A DNA stretch of 15,661 bases from a virus (lineage: Duplodnaviria > Heunggongvirae > Uroviricota > Caudoviricetes): IMG/VR virus record IMGVR_UViG_2724679238_000003, positions 1 to 15,661 of that record, one strand, 5' to 3'. The notes under the pieces were generated by a model that ran no database searches, was not told the origin of the DNA, and worked only from the letters and a program-made list of their open reading frames with translations. How positions within the stretch are numbered: position 1 is the stretch's first letter; each line of letters opens with the position of its first letter. Both the position numbers and the translations under genes were made by a program. Shown here piece after piece: positions 1 to 8,257 of the stretch.

Positions 1-263
1 ATCATTAGCGCGGTAAAAACCCGGTGTGCATCGTTTTTGATTATTTCCGCACACTCGCGCAGAGGAGTTCCCCATCGGGCTACGGTCATGGTTAATGCGG
101 GAATACAGCGACGATACAGCGCATGATGTGTCAGGCTTGAACACCTTTATCCGTTAAAAGGGATATCAGTTAAGTTATCCCGTGTAGGGTATAAGCCATT
201 ATCAAGCCCACCAGTAGATGGGCTTTGTAATGGAGAGCCGTTGTGAAAGTGGCTCTCAGACTG

Positions 264-467
264 TCATTTTTTCCCTTTCTGTTTACCTGCCCACTGTTTT
301 GCAATGTACAGGCAGTCATCGAAAATTCGGCCTTTTCTGCTGGCTTGTGAACAACGGCGGTAATGTTCCACCGCCATGTCAGCGCCAGTCATAGCCGCGT
401 TTTGGTCGTATCCAAACTTTATTAACTCGGTTGTTACATTTTTATGTATGAAATCAATCGGAGTCAT
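264..467 (-). CDS. hypothetical small protein (67 aa), translationally coupled to the upstream Rha-like gene
   Basis: ATG (plus cat 465..467) overlaps the upstream ORF's stop in an ATGA arrangement; lysine-rich C-terminus (KQKGKK); no family recognised. Confidence 0.5.
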   Translation of the reverse strand: MTPIDFIHKNVTTELIKFGYDQNAAMTGADMAVEHYRRCSQASRKGRIFDDCLYIAKQWAGKQKGKK

Positions 468-1060
468 GCTGGTTTACCATCAGGGAAATCCCCCATGTCA
501 CATAGCTTGAACTGAATCAGATCCTTCACAAGCTGCTCAGCCTTTTTAATGGCCTTCTTCTCTTTCTTCCGACGAGTCATGAGAGCGCTACCTGCTTGAC
601 CGTGCATTTCAAATGAGAACTTCTCAGCAGCCGCGACACGGTTTTGCATTTCGCTGATTGCCATATCGGTCAGGCCAGAGAAATCGAGAAGGTTAATGTC
701 CTTCCCCCCCTCAAGCTCAGTCATGTGGTCATACACCTGCGCCTGAAGCTCATAGCTGTAGCTCATTGCCATGAGGCAAGCTTCACGCTTGGGAAAATTG
801 TAAATATCCCTCTCCACAACACCACCTGTTCCGTTGATATAGGTATCAGTTGCAAAAAATTTTGCAGCTGCATCCCCGAGGACCTTGGGTACTTTCTTCA
901 TGAAACTGCGGTGTTCGAGTTTGCGATATTTCTTACAGGGGAACGCAAGCCCCTCCGCCTCCGCTTTGGATTTCCGATCAGCATTAATGTAATCCACCAT
1001 CTCAAGACTGCTCATGGTCGGGTATTCGCCAGAAGGAAGAACGGTTAATGATTTGTTCAT
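464..1060 (-). CDS. putative phage regulatory protein, Rha/antirepressor-like (198 aa); product tentative
   Basis: ATG at 1060 preceded by AAGGAAAT RBS; N-terminal region resembles the Rha-family winged-helix pattern from recall; sits after Rz where I recall lambda carrying bor. Confidence 0.55.
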   Translation of the reverse strand: MNKSLTVLPSGEYPTMSSLEMVDYINADRKSKAEAEGLAFPCKKYRKLEHRSFMKKVPKVLGDAAAKFFATDTYINGTGGVVERDIYNFPKREACLMAMSYSYELQAQVYDHMTELEGGKDINLLDFSGLTDMAISEMQNRVAAAEKFSFEMHGQAGSALMTRRKKEKKAIKKAEQLVKDLIQFKLCDMGDFPDGKPA

Positions 1061-1204
1061 GTCGGTATTTCCTTTAGAAAGTTGAGCCTGTTCGCACAGA
1101 AAAGCCGTCCCCGAGAGGTCCTCACCTATACGGCAGTTCTCAGGCTCAGCTTTCTGAAAGACTCGGGATTGTTACGCGCTGCGATACGCTGTGAAATTCA
1201 GATG

Positions 1205-1231
1205 TAAAAAAAGCCCCGCATCGCGAGGCTC
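1205..1231 (-). terminator. intrinsic terminator downstream of Rz/Rz1
   Basis: On minus strand: GCCTCGC-GAT-GCGGGGC stem-loop (7 bp incl. one G-U) followed by TTTTTTTA; lies just 3' of the Rz stop. Confidence 0.6.
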
Positions 1232-1262
1232 ATTAAATTGACTTTGTGATTTGCAAAAAAAA

Positions 1263-1700
1263 TTATTTCAGGCATTGCGTCCTGATGTATTCCTGCAGGT
1301 AGTTAACCTGCGCGGTTATCCTGTCGATTCCACTTCGGAGACGGTAATAATTGAGTTCAGCATCTGCTGTAAGTCTTGGGCTTTCTCCATCGCCCATGCT
1401 GCTGGCTTCGGTCGTTGACTTTGCACAGGTGGCGGCGACTTGCAGGCGCTTACGACCAGCAGAAACATCAGCACGGAGACTTTCGATAGTCGCGTTAGCA
1501 TCAGCAAGCTCCTTTGTGTATCTGGCGTCGAGTTCTGCTACATCACGTTGACGCCTCTGCATGTCAGCGATAATGGATGCGGCTTTATCGCGCTGCTCTT
1601 TGTAGGTCATGGCGTTATCACGGTAATGATTAACAGCCCATGACAGGCAGACGATGATGCAGATAACCAGAGCATAAATAATCGCGGCGACTCTGCTCAC
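1263..1700 (-). CDS. Rz: Rz i-spanin
   Basis: Translation from GTG 1700 ([29 protein letters not shown]...) closely matches lambda Rz as I recall it ([29 protein letters not shown]...); GTGA overlap with endolysin stop; GGGGGA RBS upstream. Track ORF begins at an upstream TTG (1715). Confidence 0.85.
   Translation of the reverse strand: MSRVAAIIYALVICIIVCLSWAVNHYRDNAMTYKEQRDKAASIIADMQRRQRDVAELDARYTKELADANATIESLRADVSAGRKRLQVAATCAKSTTEASSMGDGESPRLTADAELNYYRLRSGIDRITAQVNYLQEYIRTQCLK
1316..1501 (-). CDS. Rz1: Rz1 o-spanin lipoprotein, embedded in Rz in the +1 frame
   Basis: Embedded ORF with signal-peptide-like N-terminus, lipobox VSAC and proline-rich mature region ([16 protein letters not shown]), as in lambda Rz1; ATG at 1501. 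Confidence 0.75.
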   Translation of the reverse strand: MLTRLSKVSVLMFLLVVSACKSPPPVQSQRPKPAAWAMEKAQDLQQMLNSIITVSEVESTG

Positions 1701-2230
1701 TGATCTATCCCCCAACAGGCTAATGCGCTTTCCTGGTCACGACGAATAACCTGTCCATAGCAGTTATTTGAACGTATGCGGCAATCGCGCCCACCATCTT
1801 TTATCCACCAGCGAATCGCCTCGCATGCACCTTTACGATCACCGGCATTCAGCCGCTTATAAAACGTCGACGGGAAACACTTACCGGGGCCAATGTTATA
1901 GGGACAAAATGACGCTATACCCGCTTTCTGTGGTTCGGTCAGTGGCACTTTAATATTGCGCTCCACCCATGCCAGCGCCTTATCCCGTTCAATGGCGTTA
2001 ACCTGGTCGCATTTTTCCTTCGACAGTTTCATACCGGGAAAAACGGGTTTTCCATCCACCACCGTGGCACCCCGACAGATGGTCCAGATGCCGGAACCAT
2101 CGCGGTATGCCGTTGTGTGGTTACCTTCTTTTTCATCCAGAAACTGGTCGAGAATATCAGGCGCAGGCGCACCGACGGCAATCAGTGCCAGAACGGCAGC
2201 CGACAGGCCGTATCTGATTTTTGCGTTCAT
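1697..2230 (-). CDS. R: SAR endolysin, T4-lysozyme-like muramidase (phi21 R-type)
   Basis: 177 aa; N-terminal hydrophobic Gly/Ala-rich SAR segment ([17 protein letters not shown]) followed by a lysozyme-like E...D...T pattern ([24 protein letters not shown]); located between holin and Rz. Confidence 0.85.
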   Translation of the reverse strand: MNAKIRYGLSAAVLALIAVGAPAPDILDQFLDEKEGNHTTAYRDGSGIWTICRGATVVDGKPVFPGMKLSKEKCDQVNAIERDKALAWVERNIKVPLTEPQKAGIASFCPYNIGPGKCFPSTFYKRLNAGDRKGACEAIRWWIKDGGRDCRIRSNNCYGQVIRRDQESALACWGIDQ

Positions 2231-2335
2231 GGATATTTATCAGGATTTATCGGTTTCTGAACCCTGGATATGTTTATCTGTCCCGGCCTGTTGAATCAGG
2301 CAAGGAATAGTTAAATACAATAGAGAGGATTGTTT

Positions 2336-2608
2336 ATGGACAATAGCACCATTTCTCTACAGGAGTTGCTCGACTGCATTTCCAAGCTTCGGGATGATGT
2401 AAATGCCCTTACTGTCGCATTTTCATATCTGGCATTCTCAATTCCCAAGGAACAAATGCAACCAACACTGGCATCGCTCCAGCTTGAATCACTCAACCCC
2501 AAATGGTCCCAGCAACAACAAAATTCTTTCAAGTGGCTGGCGGTATTACTGGAAGAAAAATATGCTGGTGAAATTACCATTTCGGCGGAGTCTTCAGAGA
2601 ACCAGTAA
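2336..2608 (+). CDS. hypothetical protein (90 aa) encoded antisense to the lysis operon
   Basis: ATG 2336 with GAGAGGA RBS 6-7 nt upstream; helical-looking, protein-like composition; 3' end overlaps the convergent 114-aa ORF by 35 bp; not recognised. Confidence 0.45.
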   Translation: MDNSTISLQELLDCISKLRDDVNALTVAFSYLAFSIPKEQMQPTLASLQLESLNPKWSQQQQNSFKWLAVLLEEKYAGEITISAESSENQ

Positions 2609-2918
2609 TTCTTCCCGGTAGCTTTCCTTTGTAGGTTATCCACACATTCTGCGCCTCTAAAATTATGGGGCGCTTTTCCGGCGACAGCTCATCCCCTTCA
2701 CATAACCCGGCAGCAACATCCAGGAAGACCTGTCTGATGCTCCTTCTGGCTGCTGCCTCATAAAACTCCAGCGCGGCACCTTCAACACGGTCCAGCGAGA
2801 TGTCCAGGTCAAAAATTTCACCGTCAAAGCGTTTTTTGTCCCGTAACGCTAAAGTTACCGTAACTTTATTCTCAAAATTGCGGATCCCTTTCACAATCAG
2901 TTCATAGTTTTGAGTCAT
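2574..2918 (-). CDS. hypothetical protein (114 aa) inserted between holin and endolysin; possibly YdfR-like small prophage protein
   Basis: ATG 2918 with GGGGAGAG RBS; starts 5 nt after holin stop; resembles small proteins found in the holin-endolysin gap of E. coli cryptic prophages (weak recall). Confidence 0.55.
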   Translation of the reverse strand: MTQNYELIVKGIRNFENKVTVTLALRDKKRFDGEIFDLDISLDRVEGAALEFYEAAARRSIRQVFLDVAAGLCEGDELSPEKRPIILEAQNVWITYKGKLPGRITGSLKTPPKW

Positions 2919-2922
2919 TGAA

Positions 2923-3138
2923 TTACTCTCCCCGTGCAGCCTTACGCTTGTCTTCTTTAATCTTGAAATAAAGATTTGTCAGGTACGTCAGCAGGCCAAA
3001 AACCAAGCTCCCTAGCACACCTATCGCCACCCACTGGGATGGAGAGACTTTGTCCAGCAGCTGCAGTAACCAGTATCCCGTCCCCACCGCTGACGTGGTG
3101 TATGACACACCTGTTGTGATTTTTTCCATCTGGTACAT
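2923..3138 (-). CDS. S: pinholin (phi21 S-type class II holin) with dual-start motif
   Basis: 71 aa [71 protein letters not shown] closely matches phi21 S as recalled; two in-frame Met (3138 and 3129) typical of antiholin/holin; GGGAGA RBS. Track ORF extension to 3246 is judged spurious. Confidence 0.85.
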   Translation of the reverse strand: MYQMEKITTGVSYTTSAVGTGYWLLQLLDKVSPSQWVAIGVLGSLVFGLLTYLTNLYFKIKEDKRKAARGE

Positions 3139-3170
3139 ACCCCGTCTCCCGTTATCCGGAAGCTGACAAC

Positions 3171-3203
3171 AATAAAAAAGCCACCAGTTAATTACTGATG
3201 GCT
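3171..3203 (-). terminator. terminator-like hairpin just upstream of the holin gene
   Basis: On minus strand: GCCATCAG-TAATTAA-CTGGTGGC stem (one G-U) followed by TTTTTTATTG. Confidence 0.4.
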
Positions 3204-3359
3204 CTGATGCATAAACGTCATAATACCTGACCATTATGATTGACAATAATTATAATGTTTATATAGAAATATCCCCGATATGTGTTACATATCATTTCTC
3301 CACGGGGTATATCCCTACGCCAGCGTAATCTTCTCTTCTACTACGCTGGCGTTTTTTTA

Positions 3360-5213
3360 TTATGATGCCGGTGCATTTATCTCCAGCATCAGACTTTCTA
3401 TCTCAACGCCATACGCTGCATTTTTTGTAACATCCGTCAGCGTCAGCGCATTCAGTCCCAGAGTCAGACTGTCTTTTATAACCTGGAATGCCGGGCCAGC
3501 CACTCCATTCAGTTTCGGAGTAACCGTGGCACTGCCGGCGGTGAACACCAGCTCCAGCGTCTGCCAGTCGTTACTGTAGCCCCCAAATTCCCCCAGCTTC
3601 GTGTTTCCTGCTTTCCTGTGATGCATCAGATTCAGTCTACCGTCAGTGGTCTGAGTGAAGTACGACATCAGGAACGGATTACCGGTACCCGTCATCGCCA
3701 CACCATCAGGAACGGGAGCGTCCGTATACAGATAAATCCCCAGCCCGAACTGATTATTAGTCAGAGCTCCAGACAGGCGGAACTTACAAGTCAGCCTGCC
3801 GCCCTGTGTCAGCAGGGTAATTGCGTCATCCACCGGATGCGCCAGGGACCAGGTTTTATTGCTCTGCTTGGTGATCTTAAATACACCATCTGCCAGCTGA
3901 ATTCCGCCATCTTTAATAGTCCAGCCCTGCGTAGCAGCCTCTCCGTCTGCCGGCAGCAGGGAGACTGTGCGGACGGATGTTTCGCTATCAGACGGCCCCG
4001 ATGGCGTATCGCCGCCGGGCGAGGGGTTGATTTCCGGTGCCTTACCACTGATGAAGGCTGAGGTGCGCCCGGCTGCGTTCAGAATAGCGGTTGCCAGGCG
4101 ATCCGAAATAATGCTCCTGCGCGCCCATGAACTAAAATGTGTCGGGCGGTTTGATGATACCCAGTTTCCATTCGTTCTCGATGCCGCACCGTAATATCCT
4201 GATGCCGGAATATCTGGATCTTCTGCCGGCGCATTAGTGGCGGTATTGACGCCGTTACCGTCTGTCATGAACGGCACAAAATAAACGCCCTCACTCTCCC
4301 TGTTTTTGTACGCCCCGTAAATGGTGTTGTACTGCGTGCCGTAGGTGTTTTTCCAGTAATACGTCGTGTCACCACAAATCCACGGCACATTTACAGCACT
4401 GCCACCATGACACTGCGCGTTAAACACAGTGAGGTCAGCACGAAACTGCTTCAGCATGGCTGTAAACAGAGCAGGTTGCTGTGCGTAGGTGGCGGCGCTC
4501 ATGTCAAACTCTCCCTGCATCCAGCACACCGCCAGCAACACATTTTTCTGGTTCTTCTGTAATGCAGCTTTGGTGCGCACAATCAGGTCCTGATATAACG
4601 GTTTACCCACACCCCAGCGCGCCGAATCCTGGCTGGCCCCCGTGTCCGCACTGAATGTCCCCTCCGCGCCCAGGGTAAATGCCGAACCACCACGACAGCA
4701 TGGTACCAGCAGGATCCCCGCATTATTCGGGATATACGGGAGCAGTTTTTTGGCAATATGAAGTCCCTGCCCCACACAGCCATACTGACCTTTGCTTAGG
4801 TCAGCCCTCGGATGATTCAGCGTACTCATATCCTGCACATCATGCAGACAGTGGTCAGCCGGGATGATGTCGTTATACGTACAACTCTCTCCACCCGGAG
4901 TTACCGTGCTGCGGCGCGCCAGCTGTTTAATGCGCGGATCCGGAGCATCGTAAGAATCCGGCAACGGAAGCCCTTCACCGTAGGCCATGCCGTTGGACTG
5001 TCCGGCAAGCACAACCACGTAGAACCAGTCCGGCTCAGATGAAGGGCCGACCTGTGGATCTCCTTCAATAGCCACCGCCTGCATCAGTGTGTACGGCGTA
5101 ATGGCAACCGGTCCGCCGTATGGCTGCCAGCCCTCTTTCAGCTTTTGTGTCAGTTTTTCCGCCAGATCTGACGGCGAGGAAGCCCTGACCAAATCATAAC
5201 GTTTAATCGACAT
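3360..5213 (-). CDS. nanS: NanS-p-like prophage sialate O-acetylesterase with N-terminal DUF1737-like region
   Basis: 617 aa from ATG 5213 (MSIKRYDLVRASSPSDLAEKLTQKLKEGWQPYGGP...); resembles the large esterase ORFs I recall downstream of stx in Stx prophages; sits between Q and the holin. Track ORF begins at upstream GTG 5231. Confidence 0.7.
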   Translation of the reverse strand: MSIKRYDLVRASSPSDLAEKLTQKLKEGWQPYGGPVAITPYTLMQAVAIEGDPQVGPSSEPDWFYVVVLAGQSNGMAYGEGLPLPDSYDAPDPRIKQLARRSTVTPGGESCTYNDIIPADHCLHDVQDMSTLNHPRADLSKGQYGCVGQGLHIAKKLLPYIPNNAGILLVPCCRGGSAFTLGAEGTFSADTGASQDSARWGVGKPLYQDLIVRTKAALQKNQKNVLLAVCWMQGEFDMSAATYAQQPALFTAMLKQFRADLTVFNAQCHGGSAVNVPWICGDTTYYWKNTYGTQYNTIYGAYKNRESEGVYFVPFMTDGNGVNTATNAPAEDPDIPASGYYGAASRTNGNWVSSNRPTHFSSWARRSIISDRLATAILNAAGRTSAFISGKAPEINPSPGGDTPSGPSDSETSVRTVSLLPADGEAATQGWTIKDGGIQLADGVFKITKQSNKTWSLAHPVDDAITLLTQGGRLTCKFRLSGALTNNQFGLGIYLYTDAPVPDGVAMTGTGNPFLMSYFTQTTDGRLNLMHHRKAGNTKLGEFGGYSNDWQTLELVFTAGSATVTPKLNGVAGPAFQVIKDSLTLGLNALTLTDVTKNAAYGVEIESLMLEINAPAS

Positions 5214-5547
5214 CAAATTTCTCTCATGCACAGGAATAAAGTAGGGAAAGGCCGGAGCAGGAACAGAAGAAAATCACAGGATGAACATCTGCCAATAGCA
5301 GGCCGTAAAAAAAGGCCGCGCCATGCGCAGCCAAAACTCACAAGGAAAATGATAACTGGAATAACAATTGTGATATACGCATGGTACCGGGAGCTTCCCG
5401 GTGAGTTCAGCCTGGTGCAACCGAACCCGCGTCAGCCGCCAATCGACAATTAATCGAAGTATTCGACATTCACCAGTCGCCCCCCCATACAGGGGAATTC
5501 ACCATGCAGAAATGTTTTTAATAAACAGCAAACAAAAAAATCAAGCA

Positions 5548-5649
5548 TTATTCAGTCTGTTTTTTCATCATAGGCCACAGCAATACCATAATGCTGCAGA
5601 CCAGAACGCCATCCGCCAGCACCGACATAATTCTGCTGGTGAAATCCAT
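5548..5649 (-). CDS. possible small hydrophobic peptide (33 aa); speculative
   Basis: Minus-strand ATG (plus cat 5647..5649) to TAA gives MDFTSRIMSVLADGVLVCSIMVLLWPMMKKQTE; one predicted TM helix with charged C-terminus; weak GGTGA RBS; below the ORF-track size cutoff. Confidence 0.2.
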   Translation of the reverse strand: MDFTSRIMSVLADGVLVCSIMVLLWPMMKKQTE

Positions 5650-5791
5650 TATCACCATCACTAAAAGCAGGATCACAACAGCAAGCAGACACGGTTTACA
5701 AAACAATGTTCAGAAAACGCATTCTGCATGTCTAAGGTTCTATTCCTACGAATAGCCAACTTGCAACTTAAAATATTATTTATGCAGCCAA

Positions 5792-6550
5792 TTAAATTCT
5801 GGTCCTTACAATATCAACCTGAAGATTCTTATCTTGTGCTGATTGATAAATGACAAACCTTTTACTACCTGCATTGAAAGAAGTAGACAAAACCAGACAA
5901 TTATCATAACGAGCAAGAACATAATACCAACCATCATTATAATTAATCATTTCATATTCTTTCTTAAACTGTGGTTTGTAATATCCTGTCAGAAATGAAA
6001 AAAGCCAGAAATATGCCACAAAAGCAATCATCACAATCTCAAAAAAATGTTTTTTTATAAATGGCTTATCATAGAAGCATGATACCGATAAAAATCGCCC
6101 ATAAGATCTTATCGAAATTGTAACCGCCAGCGCAATCGCTGCTGACAGTAGCAAAAGAGGTACCTGAATCTTCTGTCTCAATATAGAAAACTCAATAATT
6201 GCCGGCACAAACAATAATTCCACAGCAAAATAAAGGCGAAATACATTTAGCTCTTGCATAGAATGTTTTCTTTTCACTGCGAAAAAGAATACAACACCAA
6301 TACCCCAACCGATAAGAAATATAGCAATGACGATAACTGCAAAAAATAAACTTCTGGCAACATCATCAACACCTGCACCTACAATCCACCATGGGAAGCC
6401 GTAGTAAAAAGAAGTACCCCATCCATAGAAATAAGCACTCCCCCATCCAAGGCATCCCATATAGGCAATAAAAAGTGAAGAACTCCTGAGCAGCGCACCA
6501 TCCTTCATAACCACCCCAATACAAGATGATAACATTGGCTTACAACTCAT
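5792..6550 (-). CDS. hypothetical integral membrane protein (about 5 TM helices plus ~60-aa C-terminal soluble domain); cargo gene
   Basis: 252-aa ORF in a visibly AT-rich segment directly downstream of pR'/Q; several long hydrophobic stretches; start ambiguous (ATG 6550 has no RBS, internal Met15 has GGGGTGG upstream); no family recognised. Confidence 0.6.
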   Translation of the reverse strand: MSCKPMLSSCIGVVMKDGALLRSSSLFIAYMGCLGWGSAYFYGWGTSFYYGFPWWIVGAGVDDVARSLFFAVIVIAIFLIGWGIGVVFFFAVKRKHSMQELNVFRLYFAVELLFVPAIIEFSILRQKIQVPLLLLSAAIALAVTISIRSYGRFLSVSCFYDKPFIKKHFFEIVMIAFVAYFWLFSFLTGYYKPQFKKEYEMINYNDGWYYVLARYDNCLVLSTSFNAGSKRFVIYQSAQDKNLQVDIVRTRI

Positions 6551-6699
6551 AACAAAAGCAATTCAATGCCGTCAAGAGGTTACAGGCTAAAAAAACTCTA
6601 TTACATTGCAGTCAGCATGTTTACTACACAAATACAATTCAGGGCATAAAAACTACTCGGTGGCAGGTTATTGAGATTCATCAATGGCAGGCAAAAAAC

Positions 6700-6745
6700 A
6701 CCCATTGTTGGCGTCAAATTTACCCAAAGTTATTCAAAAAGTCAA
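6700..6745 (-). promoter_or_regulatory. late promoter pR' with overlapping qut (Q-utilisation) region
   Basis: Minus strand reads TTGACTTTTTGAATAACTTTGGGTAAATTTGAC, matching lambda pR' -35 TTGACT / -10 TAAATT as recalled; 40-90 bp downstream of Q stop. Confidence 0.65.
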
Positions 6746-6787
6746 TATTATGCCATTAATACGTTGCCATCCGTGGCAATCATGCTG

Positions 6788-7411
6788 CTAACGTGTGACC
6801 GTATTCAAAATGTTGTCTGCAATTGACTCTTCCTTGTGGCATTGCACCACCAGAGCGTCATACAGCGGCTTAACAGTGCGTGACCAGGTGGGTTGGGTAA
6901 GGTTTGGGATTAGCATCGTCACAGCGCGATATGCGGCGCTTGCTGGCATCCTTGAATAGCCGATGCCTTTGCATCTTCCGCACTCTTTCTCGACAACTCT
7001 CCCCCACTGCTCTGTTTTGGCTATATCAACCGCACGGCCTGTACCGTGGCAATCTCTGCATCTTGCGCCCGGCGTCGCGGCACTACGGCAATAATCCGCA
7101 TAAGCGAATGTTGCGAGCACTTGCAGCACCTTTGCCTTAGTATTTCCTTCAAGCTTTGCCACACCACGGTATTTCCCCGATACCTTGTGTGCAAATTGCA
7201 TCAGATAGTTGATGGCCTTTTGTTTGTCTTTCTGGCTGAGTTCGTGCTTACCGCAGAATGCAGCCATTCCGAATCCGGCTTGTGATTGCGCCATCCCCAT
7301 AGCAGCCATCACATCAGTACCGGAAAGAGAGTCAGAAGCCGTAGCCCGTGGTGAGTCGCTCATCATCGGGCTTTTTGGCGAATGAAATTTAGCTACGCTT
7401 TCGAGTCTCAT
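6788..7411 (-). CDS. Q: late gene antiterminator Q (lambda type)
   Basis: 207 aa, same length as lambda Q and recognisably the same protein; ATG 7411 with GGGAGAAGG RBS; ATGA overlap with ninI stop. Confidence 0.93.
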   Translation of the reverse strand: MRLESVAKFHSPKSPMMSDSPRATASDSLSGTDVMAAMGMAQSQAGFGMAAFCGKHELSQKDKQKAINYLMQFAHKVSGKYRGVAKLEGNTKAKVLQVLATFAYADYCRSAATPGARCRDCHGTGRAVDIAKTEQWGRVVEKECGRCKGIGYSRMPASAAYRAVTMLIPNLTQPTWSRTVKPLYDALVVQCHKEESIADNILNTVTR

Positions 7412-8073
7412 GCGCCTTCTCCCTGTACCTGAATCAATGTGAGGTTTCCGCAGAACACTGCGCCAGTATCGATATACATCTGGTTGGCAAACTTGAGTGG
7501 TTTCACTGCTGGCGTATGACCAAAGATGAACGTGTCCGCGCCTTTAATTTCTTTCACGATCCCGTCTTGTGAGTTGCTGATTCGTTCGCGGTTCCAGATT
7601 ACCTGCTGATGATCAACTGGCTTTCCAAATTCGTATTCGTCACAAGGATAATCGGCGTGGCAGATGACATATTTTTTACCTTTGCTCACCAGTTCGATGA
7701 TTAACGGAAGTTCTTCTGCTTTATGGGCAAGAGCTTTAGCCAGAATTTCTTTGTCGTAATCGAGATTAAAGAACCAGCCACCGCCATTAAGCAGCCAGTG
7801 ATTGACGTTTCCACGCTCTGATAAGCCATCAATCATCATTTGCTCATGGTTTCCACGTACAACTCTGAACCAGGGGAATGTGATTAATTCCAGACATTCA
7901 ACGTTCTCTGTACCGCGATCAACCAAATCGCCCACCGAGATAAGCAGGTCTTTTTTGTTATCGAATCCAATCGTATCCAGTTTGTTCATCAGGTTCGTGT
8001 AGCATCCGTGCAGGTCGCCAGCTACCCAAATATTTCGGTATTTGCTGCCATCAATTCTTTCGTAATAGCACAT
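7408..8073 (-). CDS. ninI: NinI Ser/Thr protein phosphatase (lambda PPase, calcineurin-like metallophosphatase)
   Basis: 221 aa from ATG 8073 ([25 protein letters not shown]...GNHE...); metallophosphatase motifs GDLHG, GDLVDRG, GNHE visible; overlaps ninH 3' end by 23 nt as in lambda. Confidence 0.9.
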   Translation of the reverse strand: MCYYERIDGSKYRNIWVAGDLHGCYTNLMNKLDTIGFDNKKDLLISVGDLVDRGTENVECLELITFPWFRVVRGNHEQMMIDGLSERGNVNHWLLNGGGWFFNLDYDKEILAKALAHKAEELPLIIELVSKGKKYVICHADYPCDEYEFGKPVDHQQVIWNRERISNSQDGIVKEIKGADTFIFGHTPAVKPLKFANQMYIDTGAVFCGNLTLIQVQGEGA

Positions 8074-8257
8074 CTCTTTCACTCCATCCGCGATGAACCA
8101 TGAGAACGTCGTTGACGATGGCGTGCATTTTCCCGTCTTTATCATCAACGTATTTTCTGACCGTACCGCGACTACATTTCAGTCTGCGTGCTACTTCTGT
8201 CTGGTTTCCGTATGCTTCAACGAGCATGTCTGGAATGGTTTTTACTGAGAACGTCAT
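8051..8257 (-). CDS. ninH: NinH
   Basis: 68 aa, same size and position as lambda NinH; ATGA overlap with ninG stop. Confidence 0.88.
   Translation of the reverse strand: MTFSVKTIPDMLVEAYGNQTEVARRLKCSRGTVRKYVDDKDGKMHAIVNDVLMVHRGWSERDVLLRKN

Noticed and set aside
1-89. Possible 5'-truncated minus-strand ORF starting at ATG 89..87 and running off the window start
   Set aside because: Only ~29 codons visible, no clear RBS; the region resembles lambda DNA beyond bor by recall, but the evidence is too thin to annotate
216-238. Hairpin AAGCCCA-CCAGTAGA-TGGGCTT
   Set aside because: Not followed by a T-run on either strand; function unclear and may be coincidental
644-1048. 134-aa plus-strand ORF
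   Set aside because: Lies wholly antisense within the better-supported Rha-like gene
1351-1643. Plus-strand ORFs of 66 and 67 aa
   Set aside because: Antisense to Rz/Rz1, which are recognised by sequence; no start signals
1768-2294. Plus-strand ORFs of 61 and 112 aa
   Set aside because: Antisense to the SAR endolysin gene
2311-2643. 110-aa minus-strand ORF
   Set aside because: Mirror-frame ORF covering the plus-strand 90-aa gene; lacks an RBS, and the plus-strand ORF has better start signals
2923-3246. Long 107-aa version of the holin ORF
   Set aside because: The N-terminal 36 codons have no RBS; the phi21-like pinholin dual-start (Met at 3138 and 3129) with a GGGAGA RBS is the conserved arrangement
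3280-3579. 99-aa plus-strand ORF
   Set aside because: Mostly antisense to the 3' end of the NanS-like gene; low-complexity translation
3618-4867. Several plus- and minus-strand ORFs of 62-147 aa inside the esterase gene
   Set aside because: All are nested within or antisense to the 617-aa esterase ORF and are Arg/Ser/Pro-rich in a way typical of out-of-frame translation
5226-5664. Plus-strand ORFs of 75 and 87 aa in the cargo-island intergenic region
   Set aside because: No RBS, low-complexity His/Arg-rich translations; more likely non-coding. Kept only the small minus-strand hydrophobic ORF as a low-confidence candidate
6551-6699. Intrinsic terminator (tR' equivalent) downstream of pR'
   Set aside because: The only T-run on the minus strand here (plus 6585-6591) is not preceded by a convincing GC-rich hairpin; tR' is not confidently located
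5214-6787. tRNA genes, as found between Q and stx in Stx phages
   Set aside because: Scanned both strands for T-arm (GGTTCGAATCC-like) and acceptor/CCA features; the one TTCGG-containing stretch near 5421-5434 does not form a T-stem. No tRNA supported
6904-7285. Plus-strand ORFs of 78 and 79 aa
   Set aside because: Antisense within the Q gene
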